From positions 175-64,174 of the forward strand of contig CAKOKU010000006.1 in assembly GCA_934095865.1 (NCBI GenBank): DNA of 64,000 nt, in the 5' to 3' direction. This DNA comes from an uncultured Bacilli bacterium. Lineage in GTDB: Bacteria; Bacillota_I; Bacilli_A; RF39; UBA660. The number at the start of each line of letters is the position of its first letter. The first letter of the stretch is position 1. The notes under the pieces were generated by a model. It was not told where the DNA came from. It was given only the letters and a program-made list of their open reading frames with translations, and ran no database searches. Shown here in pieces: positions 1 through 10,586 of this stretch. A program made the translations under genes and the position numbers.

Positions 1-111
1 AAATATTAAAAAAAGAAGGAAATCTACAACAAAAACGTAATATATATAAATAGGTACCTAAAAATGACAAAATATTAATTTTAATTGTTATACCATAAAA
101 GTGGTGATTTC

Positions 112-552
112 ATGAAAAAAATGTTAATAAGTATAATATTGGCGATTACGTGCGGATTTATTTTTGGTATGTTTTTTTTGAAAAAATTTGATCAGCAATC
201 ACAAATAGCTGTAAGCAATATAAATACACAAGCTTATGCTTTTCAAATTGGTGTTTTTAAAAATAAAGAGAACGCTCTAAATTTTGCCGCGTCTAATTCT
301 GGCATGGTCGTTAATGATGAAGATTTATACCGTGTATATACAGTAATTTTGAATAATGAAGGTATAATAAATCGGGTTAAAAATTATTATCAGACAAACA
401 ATATTAATTTTTACTTAAAAGCCATCAATATTTCAAATGACGCAACAAATACTATTAACAATTATGAAATGTTATTAGAAAAAACGGAAGATAGCAATTT
501 TGAATTAATTTTGAAAAAATTAACGGAGGAACTAAGTAGTGGAAAAATATAA
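112..552 (+). CDS. Membrane-anchored SPOR-domain-like protein
   Basis: ORF 85..552. The likely start is ATG 112 (MKKMLISIIL), preceded by an AGTGGTGA RBS-like site. One N-terminal TM helix is followed by AYAFQIGVFKNKENALNFA...LYRVYTVIL, which resembles a SPOR peptidoglycan-binding repeat. Confidence 0.5.
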   Translation: MKKMLISIILAITCGFIFGMFFLKKFDQQSQIAVSNINTQAYAFQIGVFKNKENALNFAASNSGMVVNDEDLYRVYTVILNNEGIINRVKNYYQTNNINFYLKAINISNDATNTINNYEMLLEKTEDSNFELILKKLTEELSSGKI

Positions 553-1225
553 AATCAAAGAATTAGATGAAGAATTAAGGCCTAGAACCCGCGCAAAAAA
601 ATATGGCTTTCAATCATTGAGTGATGATGAATTACTTGCTATTATTTTAAGATGCGGTACCAAAAATCATAACGTTAAAGAAATTGCTGCAAATATTTTA
701 AGTGATGCTGGCGGATTAACCGAACTTGCAAATAAAAGTGTTGAAGAATTAAAAACCACACCAGGCGTTGGAGAGGTTGGTGCTCTTAGCATAATGGCAG
801 CTATTGAATTAGGTAAACGTTGCTTATCTACAAAGAAGGAAAAAACTAAATTAACAAATGCAAAAATAGTATACGATTCATTTAAATATGATTTTAAGGG
901 GTTAACCCAAGAAAAAGTAGTTGGTGTATTTTTAGATAATGCCAGTCAGTTAATAAGCTACAAAACTATCTTTTGTGGTACGGTTAATAAATCATTAGTT
1001 CATCCAAGAGAAATATTTAAAGAAGCCATAAGATCATCGGCCAGTTCTATTATTTTGCTTCATAATCATCCATCGGGAAATCTAAATCCAAGTCCTCAAG
1101 ATAGAGAATTAACTAAAAACTTGATAGCAATTGGTAAAACTATGTCCATTCCAATTTTAGATCATATAATTATTAGTGATAATGGTTATTATAGTTTCAA
1201 TGAAAAAATGATAATAGAAGAGTAA
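539..1225 (+). CDS. radC: RadC-family JAB/MPN domain protein
   Basis: GTG start 9 nt after GGAGGA. The N-terminus has LSDDELLAIILRCGT and a helix-hairpin-helix GVGEVGA. The C-terminus has the JAB motif LLHNHPSGNLNPSPQD. Confidence 0.9.
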   Translation: MEKYKIKELDEELRPRTRAKKYGFQSLSDDELLAIILRCGTKNHNVKEIAANILSDAGGLTELANKSVEELKTTPGVGEVGALSIMAAIELGKRCLSTKKEKTKLTNAKIVYDSFKYDFKGLTQEKVVGVFLDNASQLISYKTIFCGTVNKSLVHPREIFKEAIRSSASSIILLHNHPSGNLNPSPQDRELTKNLIAIGKTMSIPILDHIIISDNGYYSFNEKMIIEE

Positions 1226-1299
1226 TAAAGAACTATTAAACATTATATTTTTTGACCATACTAGTCTTATTTTTAATGTTTACCCATACAATTTATTAG

Positions 1300-1899
1300 G
1301 TGATAAAGTTGGAAAATGCTCTAATAAAAGAATATTGTGAGTCAAAGAAAAATTGTCCTAAATTCAATAAAAATTTAAGTATTTATTTATCAAAATTTTT
1401 ATTAAGTATTATTTTTTTAATGCTGAGTATTATATTAATTAGAAGCAACCAAGAATGTCGAAATTTCTTTACAAATGAAGTATTAACCAGGCAATTTAGT
1501 TTTGCTAAAATAAATGACATATATAATAAATATTTTGGCGATGTTTTACCTAAAATAAATCTTGATACAACACCGGTTTTTAATGAAACTTTAGCATACC
1601 AAACTGAAGAATCTTATCTAAATGGCAAAAAGATGCAAGTAGGTGCAAATTATATTGTACCCGTTATTACTAGTGGAGTTATAGTTTTCTTAGGAGAAAA
1701 AGATGATTTAGGTCCAACATGCATAGTCCAAGGAGTAGATGGTGTTGACATTTGGTACTCCAATATTGATATAAGTACTTTAAATTTATATGATTATGTC
1801 GAAGAACATAAAAGCCTTGCCCCAACGCTTAGTGAGTTTTTATATTTAACAATTGATAAAGATGGTACATATCTAGACTATGAAACTTATAAAGCTTGA
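1300..1899 (+). CDS. SpoIVFA-like membrane protein with degenerate LytM/M23-like C-terminal domain
   Basis: One TM helix, then GANYIVPVITSGVIVFLGEKDDLGPTCIVQGVDGVDIWYSNI, an M23-like fold pattern without HxxxD/HxH. It overlaps the downstream M50 protease gene by 20 nt, as spoIVFA-spoIVFB do in Bacillus. Confidence 0.45.
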   Translation: MIKLENALIKEYCESKKNCPKFNKNLSIYLSKFLLSIIFLMLSIILIRSNQECRNFFTNEVLTRQFSFAKINDIYNKYFGDVLPKINLDTTPVFNETLAYQTEESYLNGKKMQVGANYIVPVITSGVIVFLGEKDDLGPTCIVQGVDGVDIWYSNIDISTLNLYDYVEEHKSLAPTLSEFLYLTIDKDGTYLDYETYKA

Positions 1900-2626
1900 T
1901 ACCACAACATATATTTTAATTTTCTTACTATGTTTAGCTGGCGCCTACAAACAGGTTATTATTACTGCTATCATCATAATTTTTCATGAATTAGGTCATT
2001 TGTTTTGGCTATTAAAATTCAATGTCAGCATTACTAGCATTAAAATATTTCCTTTTGGTGGCATAATAAAGACGAACAAGCTTTTAAATTTTGATCCTAA
2101 AAAAGAAATACTTATTAGCAGTGCCGGTATAATTAATCAATTGTTATTATTCATCATCTTTTTTGCTTTATTTAAAAAAAATATAATCAATAATTACAGT
2201 TATGAAATGTTTAAAAATTTAAATTTAAGTATTATTATTTTTAATATTATGCCTATTTATCCTCTAGATGGTTATAATTTTTTTAAAAATATATTATATG
2301 TTTTTTTCCCATATTTAAAGGTAAATCAAATTTTCTTATACATTTCCATATTAAGTCTTATTTTATTTACTATGTATAGTTTTACCAGCAAAATAAACAG
2401 CTTGTTTGTTATCACTTTTTTATTTGTAAAATTAATTAATTTAATAAAATCAAAGAAATATTTAGAAAATAAATTTTTATTAGAAAGAAATATATATGAT
2501 TTGCCATACAATAAGATTAAGTATGATGATGATTTTCAAAAAAACAAATTACAGCTAAACGTTTTGCATTACTTTAATTATATTTCAGAAAAAGAGTACT
2601 TAAATAAGTTATATCAAGGTTATTAA
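1880..2626 (+). CDS. spoIVFB: Site-2 (M50) intramembrane metalloprotease, SpoIVFB-like
   Basis: HELGH zinc motif in TM1 and NIMPIYPLDGYNFF (NxxPxxPLDG) in a later TM. The protein is polytopic and hydrophobic. The position after radC matches the Bacillus maf-radC...spoIVFA-spoIVFB neighbourhood. Confidence 0.75.
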   Translation: MKLIKLDTTTYILIFLLCLAGAYKQVIITAIIIIFHELGHLFWLLKFNVSITSIKIFPFGGIIKTNKLLNFDPKKEILISSAGIINQLLLFIIFFALFKKNIINNYSYEMFKNLNLSIIIFNIMPIYPLDGYNFFKNILYVFFPYLKVNQIFLYISILSLILFTMYSFTSKINSLFVITFLFVKLINLIKSKKYLENKFLLERNIYDLPYNKIKYDDDFQKNKLQLNVLHYFNYISEKEYLNKLYQGY

Positions 2627-2770
2627 AATTGGCATTTTTAGAAAAATAAATTTGCTCGCGTTTATTTATAGTAAACGACAATTTTGGAAAATTATGTTAT
2701 AGGCCTTGCTTTTTTCTTATTTTTATAAGATAATTAATGAGTATAGATAAAGATAGTAAGGAGTGCTTGT

Positions 2771-5287
2771 ATGGTAAATGCGGTAGAATTTGGCACACAA
2801 TTAGAGGATAGTTTTCAAACTTTGATGGAATACTCTATTGAAGAAATAAATAATATGCTAAAAGATGCTCCTTTAGCTAGCATTCTAGCCATAATTGAGC
2901 GTGTATCTTCACAAGATATAATGGATGATACTTCAATTGTTAGAATAGATGAAATTAATAAAAAAATCAAAAAATTAAATGAATGGTTAAAAGTATGCCA
3001 AAATAAAATTGATTTTGCAAAAATGACAAATGCTCCAAGAAGTGAACTTGATCAATTATGGCAAGATTATGCTAATATTGATATGGAAATTGATAACTTA
3101 TCTGGTCAAGCTGAAAGCATTTATCAAGCTTTTGATGATAAAAAACAAGCCATTAAATCAGCTTGCTGTAATGCCATCTCGTCATCTCCGTTAAGTTCGT
3201 TTGAAGATTACCGTGCTTCTTTAATAAAGTGGTTAGAAGATCAAATAGTTAGAATTGAAGCTAAAAAAAGAGATCAAGAAACTACTAAAAACACTTTAGA
3301 ATCAGACCGTGATTATACTGCTGAAGATGAAGAAGTAAAGAAAATTGAAAGAGAAATAAATAAAATACGTGCTTCTGTTTTAGAAGGAAAAGTAGTTTTA
3401 AACGGACCTGTTATTGAAAAAATTAAAGGCTTGAGAGCTAAAAAAAGCTCTCTAGAACATGAAACTTTTACGTTTGTCTGCACAGAAAAAATCAAAAAAA
3501 CATTAAAGAGAATAAGTAATGATATTACTAAACTTCAAATGGAGTTATATAACTTAATGCGTATGGATATCTCCGAATTAAAAAATATGATATTAGGAGA
3601 GTATACAGATACAAAAGTTTCTATAACATATGCCAATTTAGTTAGAATTTACCGCAGTTATGTTGCTAATGTAGTTAATGTTCCATTAGATTTAAAAGAA
3701 GAATACCGAAAAAATTGTGATAGATATAGTAAAATCCTAGATTCAATTGAAGAACCAACTGTTGATAATGAACCACTTGAGCCAATCGAAAACGAATTAA
3801 AGGAATTATATAATTATAGAAAATCACTTCTAAATTATAAGCAAAAACCACTAGATTATGAAAAAGAAAATAAATTTCTATATACAAGCATCAGAAATGC
3901 CGGTTTAATGGAATTGCCATTTGATGAAACAGCATGGCATACGTATTTTGGTGAATATTACGACACATTAGCCAATTCTATTTCTAGATTAAAAGATATA
4001 AATGGTAAATATAGTGCTTTAATCAGTAATAGTTTACGCAGTAAGAAAGATGATAAAAAGATAGAAGGTTATAGAGAAGAATTAGAGTATTTATTAGATG
4101 AACTATACAATAAAGTATTGTCATTATATCTAAAAACTAATTGTTATATCAACGTTAATATCTACGATTACCGTGATAATGAAACTTTGAGTAAATATAT
4201 TGAATATTTAGGAGCAAGTATTGACGAAGAAGTAGCCAATGTTGATACAAAAATAGAAACTCTAAATCAAAAGAAACAAAATATTATTACTTTTGTTAAT
4301 GAAAAGTATAGTGAAATTGAACACATTAAGCATGAATTAAATAGTATTTTAAAAGGAGAACATCACCAAGAACTATCAACACCAAAACAAGTAGCACAAG
4401 AAAAAGAGAGTGTACCAACAATGCCAACTTATTCTACATTCGCCTTTGATACACCAAACACCCAAGCTGCTGAACCAGAGAGAAATTCATCTTTCTTTGA
4501 TAATGCAATTGGTCTTGATTTTGAAAATGTTTCTAAAGAAGCTGCCATTCCAAGTAGAGCAAATAATCATCCATCTAAAGATACAACAATAGATTTTGAT
4601 CCAACAAATATTTTCGGCATTGAAAATAATGATGATGAGTCTGTTGAACCAGATATCAATACCAAACAATCATCATCATCAAAACTTGACTCTATAACTC
4701 AAAGTAAAGAAACATCAACCAATGAAATAAATTTTGATGATATTTTTGCATCAAGCCAAGATAATATTATAGATTTTGAAACGAAAGAAGAACAACAATC
4801 TCATCAAGAGACAATTCCTAATGCTATTGAGGAAGCTGAATTTAAAGATTTGCTAGAACCTAAAGCTATTCAAGAACCAAACAATATTGTTTCTACTAAA
4901 CCAAAAAGAGGTTTACTTGTTAAAAAGATAGAACCGGTAATAGAAACAGCTGGCGTATCTCAAAAAGAGCCAGTAATCAGTGATGCTGAAGCCATAAAAG
5001 AACGTATAATTAATGGCCAAGCTGAGAAAAAAGAAAAAATCACAAAGCCAGTATTAGCAAGTGAAGTAGGAGAGGAATATAACGAATCAACAGCTCCTAT
5101 AAATTTAAGTGACTTCTTAAACGGAACCCTTAGAACAGAAGCTCCAGCAAGTCCGAACGAAATAAAAGAACCAGAAGAAAAATTATCTCAAAAGGATAAT
5201 GATGACTTGGCAGCTTTCTTAATGCAAATTACTGCTAATGACAAGAACCAAGATAAACAAATAAAACCAATGGATTATGTTGGATAA
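2771..5287 (+). CDS. Large acidic coiled-coil protein with disordered E/P/S/N-rich C-terminal half, function unknown
   Basis: 838-aa uninterrupted ORF with a good RBS (AAGGAG). Heptad-like K/E-rich N-terminal half and low-complexity acidic C-terminal half. No catalytic motif recognised. Confidence 0.6.
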   Translation: MVNAVEFGTQLEDSFQTLMEYSIEEINNMLKDAPLASILAIIERVSSQDIMDDTSIVRIDEINKKIKKLNEWLKVCQNKIDFAKMTNAPRSELDQLWQDYANIDMEIDNLSGQAESIYQAFDDKKQAIKSACCNAISSSPLSSFEDYRASLIKWLEDQIVRIEAKKRDQETTKNTLESDRDYTAEDEEVKKIEREINKIRASVLEGKVVLNGPVIEKIKGLRAKKSSLEHETFTFVCTEKIKKTLKRISNDITKLQMELYNLMRMDISELKNMILGEYTDTKVSITYANLVRIYRSYVANVVNVPLDLKEEYRKNCDRYSKILDSIEEPTVDNEPLEPIENELKELYNYRKSLLNYKQKPLDYEKENKFLYTSIRNAGLMELPFDETAWHTYFGEYYDTLANSISRLKDINGKYSALISNSLRSKKDDKKIEGYREELEYLLDELYNKVLSLYLKTNCYINVNIYDYRDNETLSKYIEYLGASIDEEVANVDTKIETLNQKKQNIITFVNEKYSEIEHIKHELNSILKGEHHQELSTPKQVAQEKESVPTMPTYSTFAFDTPNTQAAEPERNSSFFDNAIGLDFENVSKEAAIPSRANNHPSKDTTIDFDPTNIFGIENNDDESVEPDINTKQSSSSKLDSITQSKETSTNEINFDDIFASSQDNIIDFETKEEQQSHQETIPNAIEEAEFKDLLEPKAIQEPNNIVSTKPKRGLLVKKIEPVIETAGVSQKEPVISDAEAIKERIINGQAEKKEKITKPVLASEVGEEYNESTAPINLSDFLNGTLRTEAPASPNEIKEPEEKLSQKDNDDLAAFLMQITANDKNQDKQIKPMDYVG

Positions 5288-5309
5288 CAAGTAGCAATAC
5301 TTGTTTTTT
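5288..5309 (+). terminator. Rho-independent terminator after the 838-aa gene
   Basis: Stem CAAGTA/TACTTG with loop GCAA, followed by TTTTTT. Confidence 0.55.
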
Positions 5310-5356
5310 CTTGACTTTATTTTAATTAATATGATAATTTGAAAGCAGGTGATACC

Positions 5357-6124
5357 ATGAAAATAGTAAAGTATCAAAAATGTGGAAAAAATACTTATAA
5401 AATATATTTAGAAGATGGGCGTGTACTGCTACTTTATGACAATATAATTTTAAAATATAATCTTTTGTTAACCAAAAAAATAACCAAGACAGTGGAAGAA
5501 AGTATTTTAATGGATAATCAAAAAGAAGAGGCCTATTATAAAGCGCTACTATTTTTAAGTAAAAAATATCATAGTATTCAAGAAACCCAAAGATATTTAG
5601 CAACCTATTCTTTAAATATTCAAACGGAAATAATTGAACGTTTAAAAAAAGAAGGGTATTTGGATGATTATAAATACGCCAGCGCTTTTATAAATGATAA
5701 AATTAATCTAAGCTTAGATGGATTTAATAAGATTAAAAATGCTTTAATAGAAAAAGGCGTTGCTGAAAATATTGTTTTGTCATCATTAGAAGCCATACCA
5801 GAAAAAACGTGGTATGAACGTAGCCAGAAAGCAATTAATAAAAAAGCTAGCAACTATGAAAAATACAGCAGTAAAGTTAAAAAATCTAAGTTTTATAGTT
5901 ATTTAATAAATTTGGGATATACGAGTAATCAGATAAACTCTTGTATAAACCGATTTGATTTCAGTGATGATACACAAGCCTTAGAAAAAGATTATCTTAA
6001 AGTCAAAAAAGCCTTAGTTGCCAAATATAGTGGTCCTAAATTTAACTATATGTTAAAAAGCAAACTTTATGCTAAAGGATATAATATGGAATCTATTAAT
6101 AAATTAATCGAACAAGATAATTGA
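5357..6124 (+). CDS. recX: RecX-like regulatory protein
   Basis: Likely start ATG 5357 after AGGTGA. The N-terminus MKIVKYQKCGKNTYKIYLEDG...LLLYDNIILKYNL, followed by repeated three-helix modules (EEAYYKALLFLSKKYHS, YKYASAFINDKI, LINLGY), is typical of RecX. Confidence 0.7.
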   Translation: MKIVKYQKCGKNTYKIYLEDGRVLLLYDNIILKYNLLLTKKITKTVEESILMDNQKEEAYYKALLFLSKKYHSIQETQRYLATYSLNIQTEIIERLKKEGYLDDYKYASAFINDKINLSLDGFNKIKNALIEKGVAENIVLSSLEAIPEKTWYERSQKAINKKASNYEKYSSKVKKSKFYSYLINLGYTSNQINSCINRFDFSDDTQALEKDYLKVKKALVAKYSGPKFNYMLKSKLYAKGYNMESINKLIEQDN

Positions 6125-6283
6125 GATAAAAGTTTTAACGGTAATAATAAATTAATATGTTTAAAGCTAGAAGATATTAAAACTAAGTTTTAACTATATA
6201 AAATAGATTTGGTAGAAATTTTTCACATATAGTAGATTCCATTTATAATAGAATTTTTTACACACTCATTAATACAATGCAAA

Positions 6284-6316
6284 TAAAAAATGTTACATCA
6301 TCGGTAACATTTTTTA
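6284..6316. terminator. Bidirectional terminator between convergent recX and prsA
   Basis: AAAAAATGTTAC-ATCATCG-GTAACATTTTTT hairpin flanked by an A-run and a T-run. Confidence 0.7.
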
Positions 6317-6320
6317 ATTA

Positions 6321-7364
6321 CTAATTGCTTGAAGAATTATTTTTACTTTCTTGAATTTGTAGTAATGAATTTTGAATATAATTTGTATATTTTTTAGCTA
6401 AATCATCATCAATAATATCCATACCATATTCTTTTCTAACTTCTTGCATTGATTTAATATAAGCTTCTTGGTTTTCACTTAAGTAATCACTAACTAAAGC
6501 ATCAACAATTGTATCCTTAACTGAATCTAATGAAGCTTTTTCTTTAGTTTCAGCGCGGTAAATTAAATGATAACCTAATTCAGTTTCAACAATTGTTGCT
6601 GAGTAAGCACCATCTTTCAATTTATATGCTTCATCAACTAAGTTTTTATAAGTTGAATCCAACGTATCAGTGTTAATCCAACCTAAATCGCCGCCGTTGT
6701 CTTTTGTAGCATCATCATTTGAATATTCTTTAGCAAGTTCACTAAATTTAGTAGCAATATCATCATTGCCAGCAGCCTTTAATTTATCAAGAGCTTCTTG
6801 AGCTTTGGCTTTAGCTTCATTTTTAGCAGTAGTTTTTTCATCAGTAGTAGCATTAGAATCATATTCTACACTAAACAAAATATGAGAAACTTTAATATCA
6901 GGTTTAATTTCATCATCATAGTATTTTTTAATTTGCTTATCAGTAATTTTACCTTTAGCATAATCTTCAGCTGCATTATTTTGAAGTTTACTTAAATATA
7001 CATAGTCAGTATAATCTTCAATTGAATCAAAATTAGCTTGACTTAAGATACTATCTAAATTATCACCATAATAATCTTTTACTTGTTTTGCTAAATTTTC
7101 AGCATAGCTTTTTGCCTCTTCTAGATTATCAGCATATTTTTTCTCTAAAATGGTTTTATCTATTAAATTTAAAACTACACTAATACCATACTTATCTTTC
7201 ATTGAATTGTAAAAATCATTTACGCTTATTTTTACATCATCATTAAATGTTACTATGGCTTGTTCACCATTTTCTAAAGTTGGTATTGTTTTTGCGCCAC
7301 ATCCACTAAGCAAAGTTACACTTACTAAACCAAGAGCAATACTTTTTTGCAATTTTCTATTCAT
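6321..7364 (-). CDS. prsA: Foldase lipoprotein PrsA (parvulin-type PPIase)
   Basis: Lipobox LLSGC|G, parvulin core VSHILF...GGDLGWI...GYHLIY, strong RBS GGGAGGAG. Confidence 0.85.
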   Translation of the reverse strand: MNRKLQKSIALGLVSVTLLSGCGAKTIPTLENGEQAIVTFNDDVKISVNDFYNSMKDKYGISVVLNLIDKTILEKKYADNLEEAKSYAENLAKQVKDYYGDNLDSILSQANFDSIEDYTDYVYLSKLQNNAAEDYAKGKITDKQIKKYYDDEIKPDIKVSHILFSVEYDSNATTDEKTTAKNEAKAKAQEALDKLKAAGNDDIATKFSELAKEYSNDDATKDNGGDLGWINTDTLDSTYKNLVDEAYKLKDGAYSATIVETELGYHLIYRAETKEKASLDSVKDTIVDALVSDYLSENQEAYIKSMQEVRKEYGMDIIDDDLAKKYTNYIQNSLLQIQESKNNSSSN

Positions 7365-7759
7365 CTTTTATCTCTCCTCCCAATTATTATAGCATATTAT
7401 CATATTGTGGTACTACAACTTTACGTTTTATTAACGAATTTTTTGCCTATAAAGTAGGGTATTTAGCTGATTATTTAATACTTTTCTTAATTATAATAAT
7501 AGATATTAAAAATTTAAGAGCCGAACTTATAGAATTTTTTTAGTAAGATCATAAGTCATATGATTTACAAATAAATAAAGAATCAAATTTAATTGTATAA
7601 ACCAATTGAGTTTACTATAAAAAAGCAATTACTTAATCTTAACTTTCCCATTTTACTATTAATTAAGAAGCCTTCTCTAAAATTTTTAACTATGCTTTAA
7701 TAAAATCATCAAACTAATAAAAAAACAAGAACTAAAACTAATTCTTGCTATTCTTAAAT

Positions 7760-8263
7760 TTATTTTATATAAAAGTAATATGAGTTACCATTGGAGTTAT
7801 CATCATAAACTTCACCATAATAAATGGCATAAGGTTTAACAATATTACTTTTTAATTCATACTTAATAGTAATGTCCTTTGTTTCATTAATATTAAAAGT
7901 ATATAATGTATTTTTTTCTTCTTCTTCAATTGGATAAGTATAAGATGAAGTTTCTTTATCTAAATTCCACATAAGTGGGAAATCACGATTACTTAATGCT
8001 TGCTTTTTATTAGTTGTATTTTCAATTTTTAAAGTAATAATTAATTGATTATCTTCGGTTTTAACTTCTTCTAATGTGATGTTAAATTCGCTCGTTTTAG
8101 CTGTATCCCCAACGTATAATCCCATATATCCTTTTGAACCATCTGTACTTTCTATTAAGCCATTGGTTTTCCAAGCTGGATAATCACTACTTTGAAATGG
8201 TAAACTGCATCCTGATAGCAAAATTAATCCAATTAATAAAGTAAAAACTTTTAATTTCTTCAT
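7760..8263 (-). CDS. Lipoprotein, function unknown (beta-sandwich-like)
   Basis: Lipobox LLSGC|S with RBS TAGGAG. The rest is beta-rich with no recognised motif. Confidence 0.55.
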   Translation of the reverse strand: MKKLKVFTLLIGLILLSGCSLPFQSSDYPAWKTNGLIESTDGSKGYMGLYVGDTAKTSEFNITLEEVKTEDNQLIITLKIENTTNKKQALSNRDFPLMWNLDKETSSYTYPIEEEEKNTLYTFNINETKDITIKYELKSNIVKPYAIYYGEVYDDNSNGNSYYFYIK

Positions 8264-8264
8264 T

Positions 8265-9182
8265 TTAATCTCCTATTTTTTTAATTTCATAAGTATTAGC
8301 ATTTTGTCTTTGTAAACTATAAGATGTGAATATACCGATTACTGATAAAATATAACCACTAATTAAGCCACTAGTAAATAATTTTGGGAAGTCTTTAATA
8401 GTCTTCAAATAATAAGGAATAGCTTTATAAGCATCAAATAAGCTAATTATGTATTCGTCTTTATATAGATTATAAATGTATATGGCACTGTTAAGTTCAT
8501 GAGCAACAAAAACCATAAATAAACCAATAACAGTTGAAATAATAATACCTGGCAATTTTATGTTATGAGCAAATTTCTTATAGAATACTGCACTACCCAT
8601 TGTAATAGCAATGCCAGCAATTCCTGACTCTATTCCAATAAAGCCAAACAATATCCAAAGTAGAACACCTGGAATACAACCTATTACAGAACCAATAATA
8701 CCTAAGAATATATTTTCCTTTAGCTTATTATATTTCTCCTTTTTGTAATTAATTGATTTTTTAATTTCATTGTAACAATCATCACAGAAAAAGCTTATTT
8801 CACAATCATTATTTACTAGAAAAGTTTCTTTAACTTCTTTACAATGACGACAAACTTCCTTAGCCTCAACGTTATCAAGATACTTCTTTGTAACTTCTAG
8901 TAGAGGATTTATTATTTCTGGTAAGAATTTTTTATTAGTAACTGAGCCAACAATTTGCAAATTTTTATTATTGTAACTTATGATCGCATCTTTATTTATT
9001 TTTTTAATATTATCAGCCAATTTCTTAATATCCTTTTTGACATCTATACTAAAGCTCAAAGTATAAACGCTAGATTGATAATCATATTTAATTAAAAAAT
9101 GATACTTATCAAGATTTCCTGCAAAGATGTTACTTCCACAATAAACAGTATTACTTCCGATTTTATTTGCTATTTTTTTCAT
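8265..9182 (-). CDS. Membrane protein with internal CxxC...CxxC zinc-ribbon and C-terminal polytopic region
   Basis: CRHCKE...CDDCYNE motif followed by 4-5 hydrophobic helices. Translationally coupled to its neighbours. Confidence 0.5.
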   Translation of the reverse strand: MKKIANKIGSNTVYCGSNIFAGNLDKYHFLIKYDYQSSVYTLSFSIDVKKDIKKLADNIKKINKDAIISYNNKNLQIVGSVTNKKFLPEIINPLLEVTKKYLDNVEAKEVCRHCKEVKETFLVNNDCEISFFCDDCYNEIKKSINYKKEKYNKLKENIFLGIIGSVIGCIPGVLLWILFGFIGIESGIAGIAITMGSAVFYKKFAHNIKLPGIIISTVIGLFMVFVAHELNSAIYIYNLYKDEYIISLFDAYKAIPYYLKTIKDFPKLFTSGLISGYILSVIGIFTSYSLQRQNANTYEIKKIGD

Positions 9183-9750
9183 TTTTATCTTCCTTTTCTA
9201 TTTTTTTCTTTGTATGCTTTTCATAAACACTTTTTAAATATTTAGAATTAATTGTTTCTTTTTCACCATTTGCCCCTAAGTATTCTAATACTTCAGTAAT
9301 AAACCCTTGAATTTTGCGATTCACCATGGCTGCATCTCTTGTTTTATTCCAATAATAATATGCTGACATATTTGTATATTTTTTCCCTTGATAAGTTTTT
9401 GACGCTGCAATCATATCACAAATCATCTCAACTGCATATTTATAAGGAATAACGGGAGCCTTTAGGGGAGCTGCATAATCGAACCAATATTCATGATGGT
9501 GCTTATTTCTTCCTTTATGATGCAACCACGCCATCGAATAACCTTTATCTTTTTTTGCATTGATTATTGGTGAATACTTTCCCTTAGCATAATACTTAAC
9601 TCCTTCAAAAAATTCAACAGGACTATATTTGGATAAATCATGTACAAACCCTTGCCACGGAATACCAGCCTTACAACATAAAATAAAAACTTTAAAGCGA
9701 TGAAGATTAACTGTGTGTAAATGTCCAAAGAAATTTAAAAAGTATTTCAT
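9163..9750 (-). CDS. Conserved hypothetical protein with His-rich, HD-like motifs
   Basis: HDLSKYSPVEF and WLHHKGRNKHHHEYW motifs, RBS GAAAGGA. Function not recognised with confidence. Confidence 0.45.
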   Translation of the reverse strand: MKYFLNFFGHLHTVNLHRFKVFILCCKAGIPWQGFVHDLSKYSPVEFFEGVKYYAKGKYSPIINAKKDKGYSMAWLHHKGRNKHHHEYWFDYAAPLKAPVIPYKYAVEMICDMIAASKTYQGKKYTNMSAYYYWNKTRDAAMVNRKIQGFITEVLEYLGANGEKETINSKYLKSVYEKHTKKKIEKEDKNEKNSK

Positions 9751-9938
9751 GCGCTAATTCCTTTCAATATCTTTATTATAGCATTTCTGTTTTAAAGTGT
9801 AAATTAATGATGAAATATAACTTAGGAAAGTTTTTTAGACGATTTACATATAAATGTATAAATTCACATAAATTTCATATAATAAAAAGGAAAATATAGT
9901 ATAATTAAATTATATTAATAGAAAAGAGGATATTAATT

Positions 9939-10343
9939 ATGAAGAAAAAAACTGTTGCCACTTTAGTTGGCGGTATGGCTGCCGGTGCTGCCCTTGGTGT
10001 ATTACTTGCTCCTAAATCAGGAAAAGAAACTAGAGCTGATTTAATGGCAGCCTTTGATGATTTTATGAAGAAAGTAAAAGATATTGATTCTGATGATGTA
10101 AAGAAATATGTTGATAAAAATATCAAAAAAATCAAAAAAGAACTTGACGATTTAAGTATGGAAAAAGTCGGTAAAATTGCCAAAAAGAAAGCTAATGAAA
10201 TTGAACGTTCTATGGCGGACTTGGTAGACTATGTTAAAGAAAAGGGGACTCCAGTTTTAGAAGAAGCTGTTGAATCTTTAAGACAAAAGGCTATTGAAGT
10301 AACAAATATGGCTATTAATAAATTAGAACAAAAAGAAGACTAA
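9939..10343 (+). CDS. YtxH-domain general-stress-like protein
   Basis: N-terminal GGMAAGAALGVLLAPKSGKETRADL is the YtxH signature. The rest is a charged helix. Confidence 0.75.
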   Translation: MKKKTVATLVGGMAAGAALGVLLAPKSGKETRADLMAAFDDFMKKVKDIDSDDVKKYVDKNIKKIKKELDDLSMEKVGKIAKKKANEIERSMADLVDYVKEKGTPVLEEAVESLRQKAIEVTNMAINKLEQKED

Positions 10344-10586
10344 AATAATTACTTTAAAAATATTAATTAAAAAATCCCAGTTGGATAATTTAAGATGCAA
10401 TCGTTATTAGTAGGCATCGAACTTCCAATTGGGTTTTATTTTTGGCAAAAATCACTTAAAGATCTAGAAAGCTATGTCCATGATTACTTTTCTTAATAAA
10501 AAATTGTCAGAGAGAATCAAAAATAATAGCTTAGAAACATTAAAATATAAAAATATAATACTTTAAAAGTGAAGATTAAAAAGAAA

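Noticed and set aside
10395-10496. 33-aa ORF (MQSLLVGIELPIGFYFWQKSLKDLESYVHDYFS) in the ytxH-rbr intergenic region
   Set aside because: It has no convincing RBS, and it overlaps the hairpin CCCAGTTGGA...TCCAATTGGG plus T-run, which is better explained as the terminator of the ytxH-like gene.
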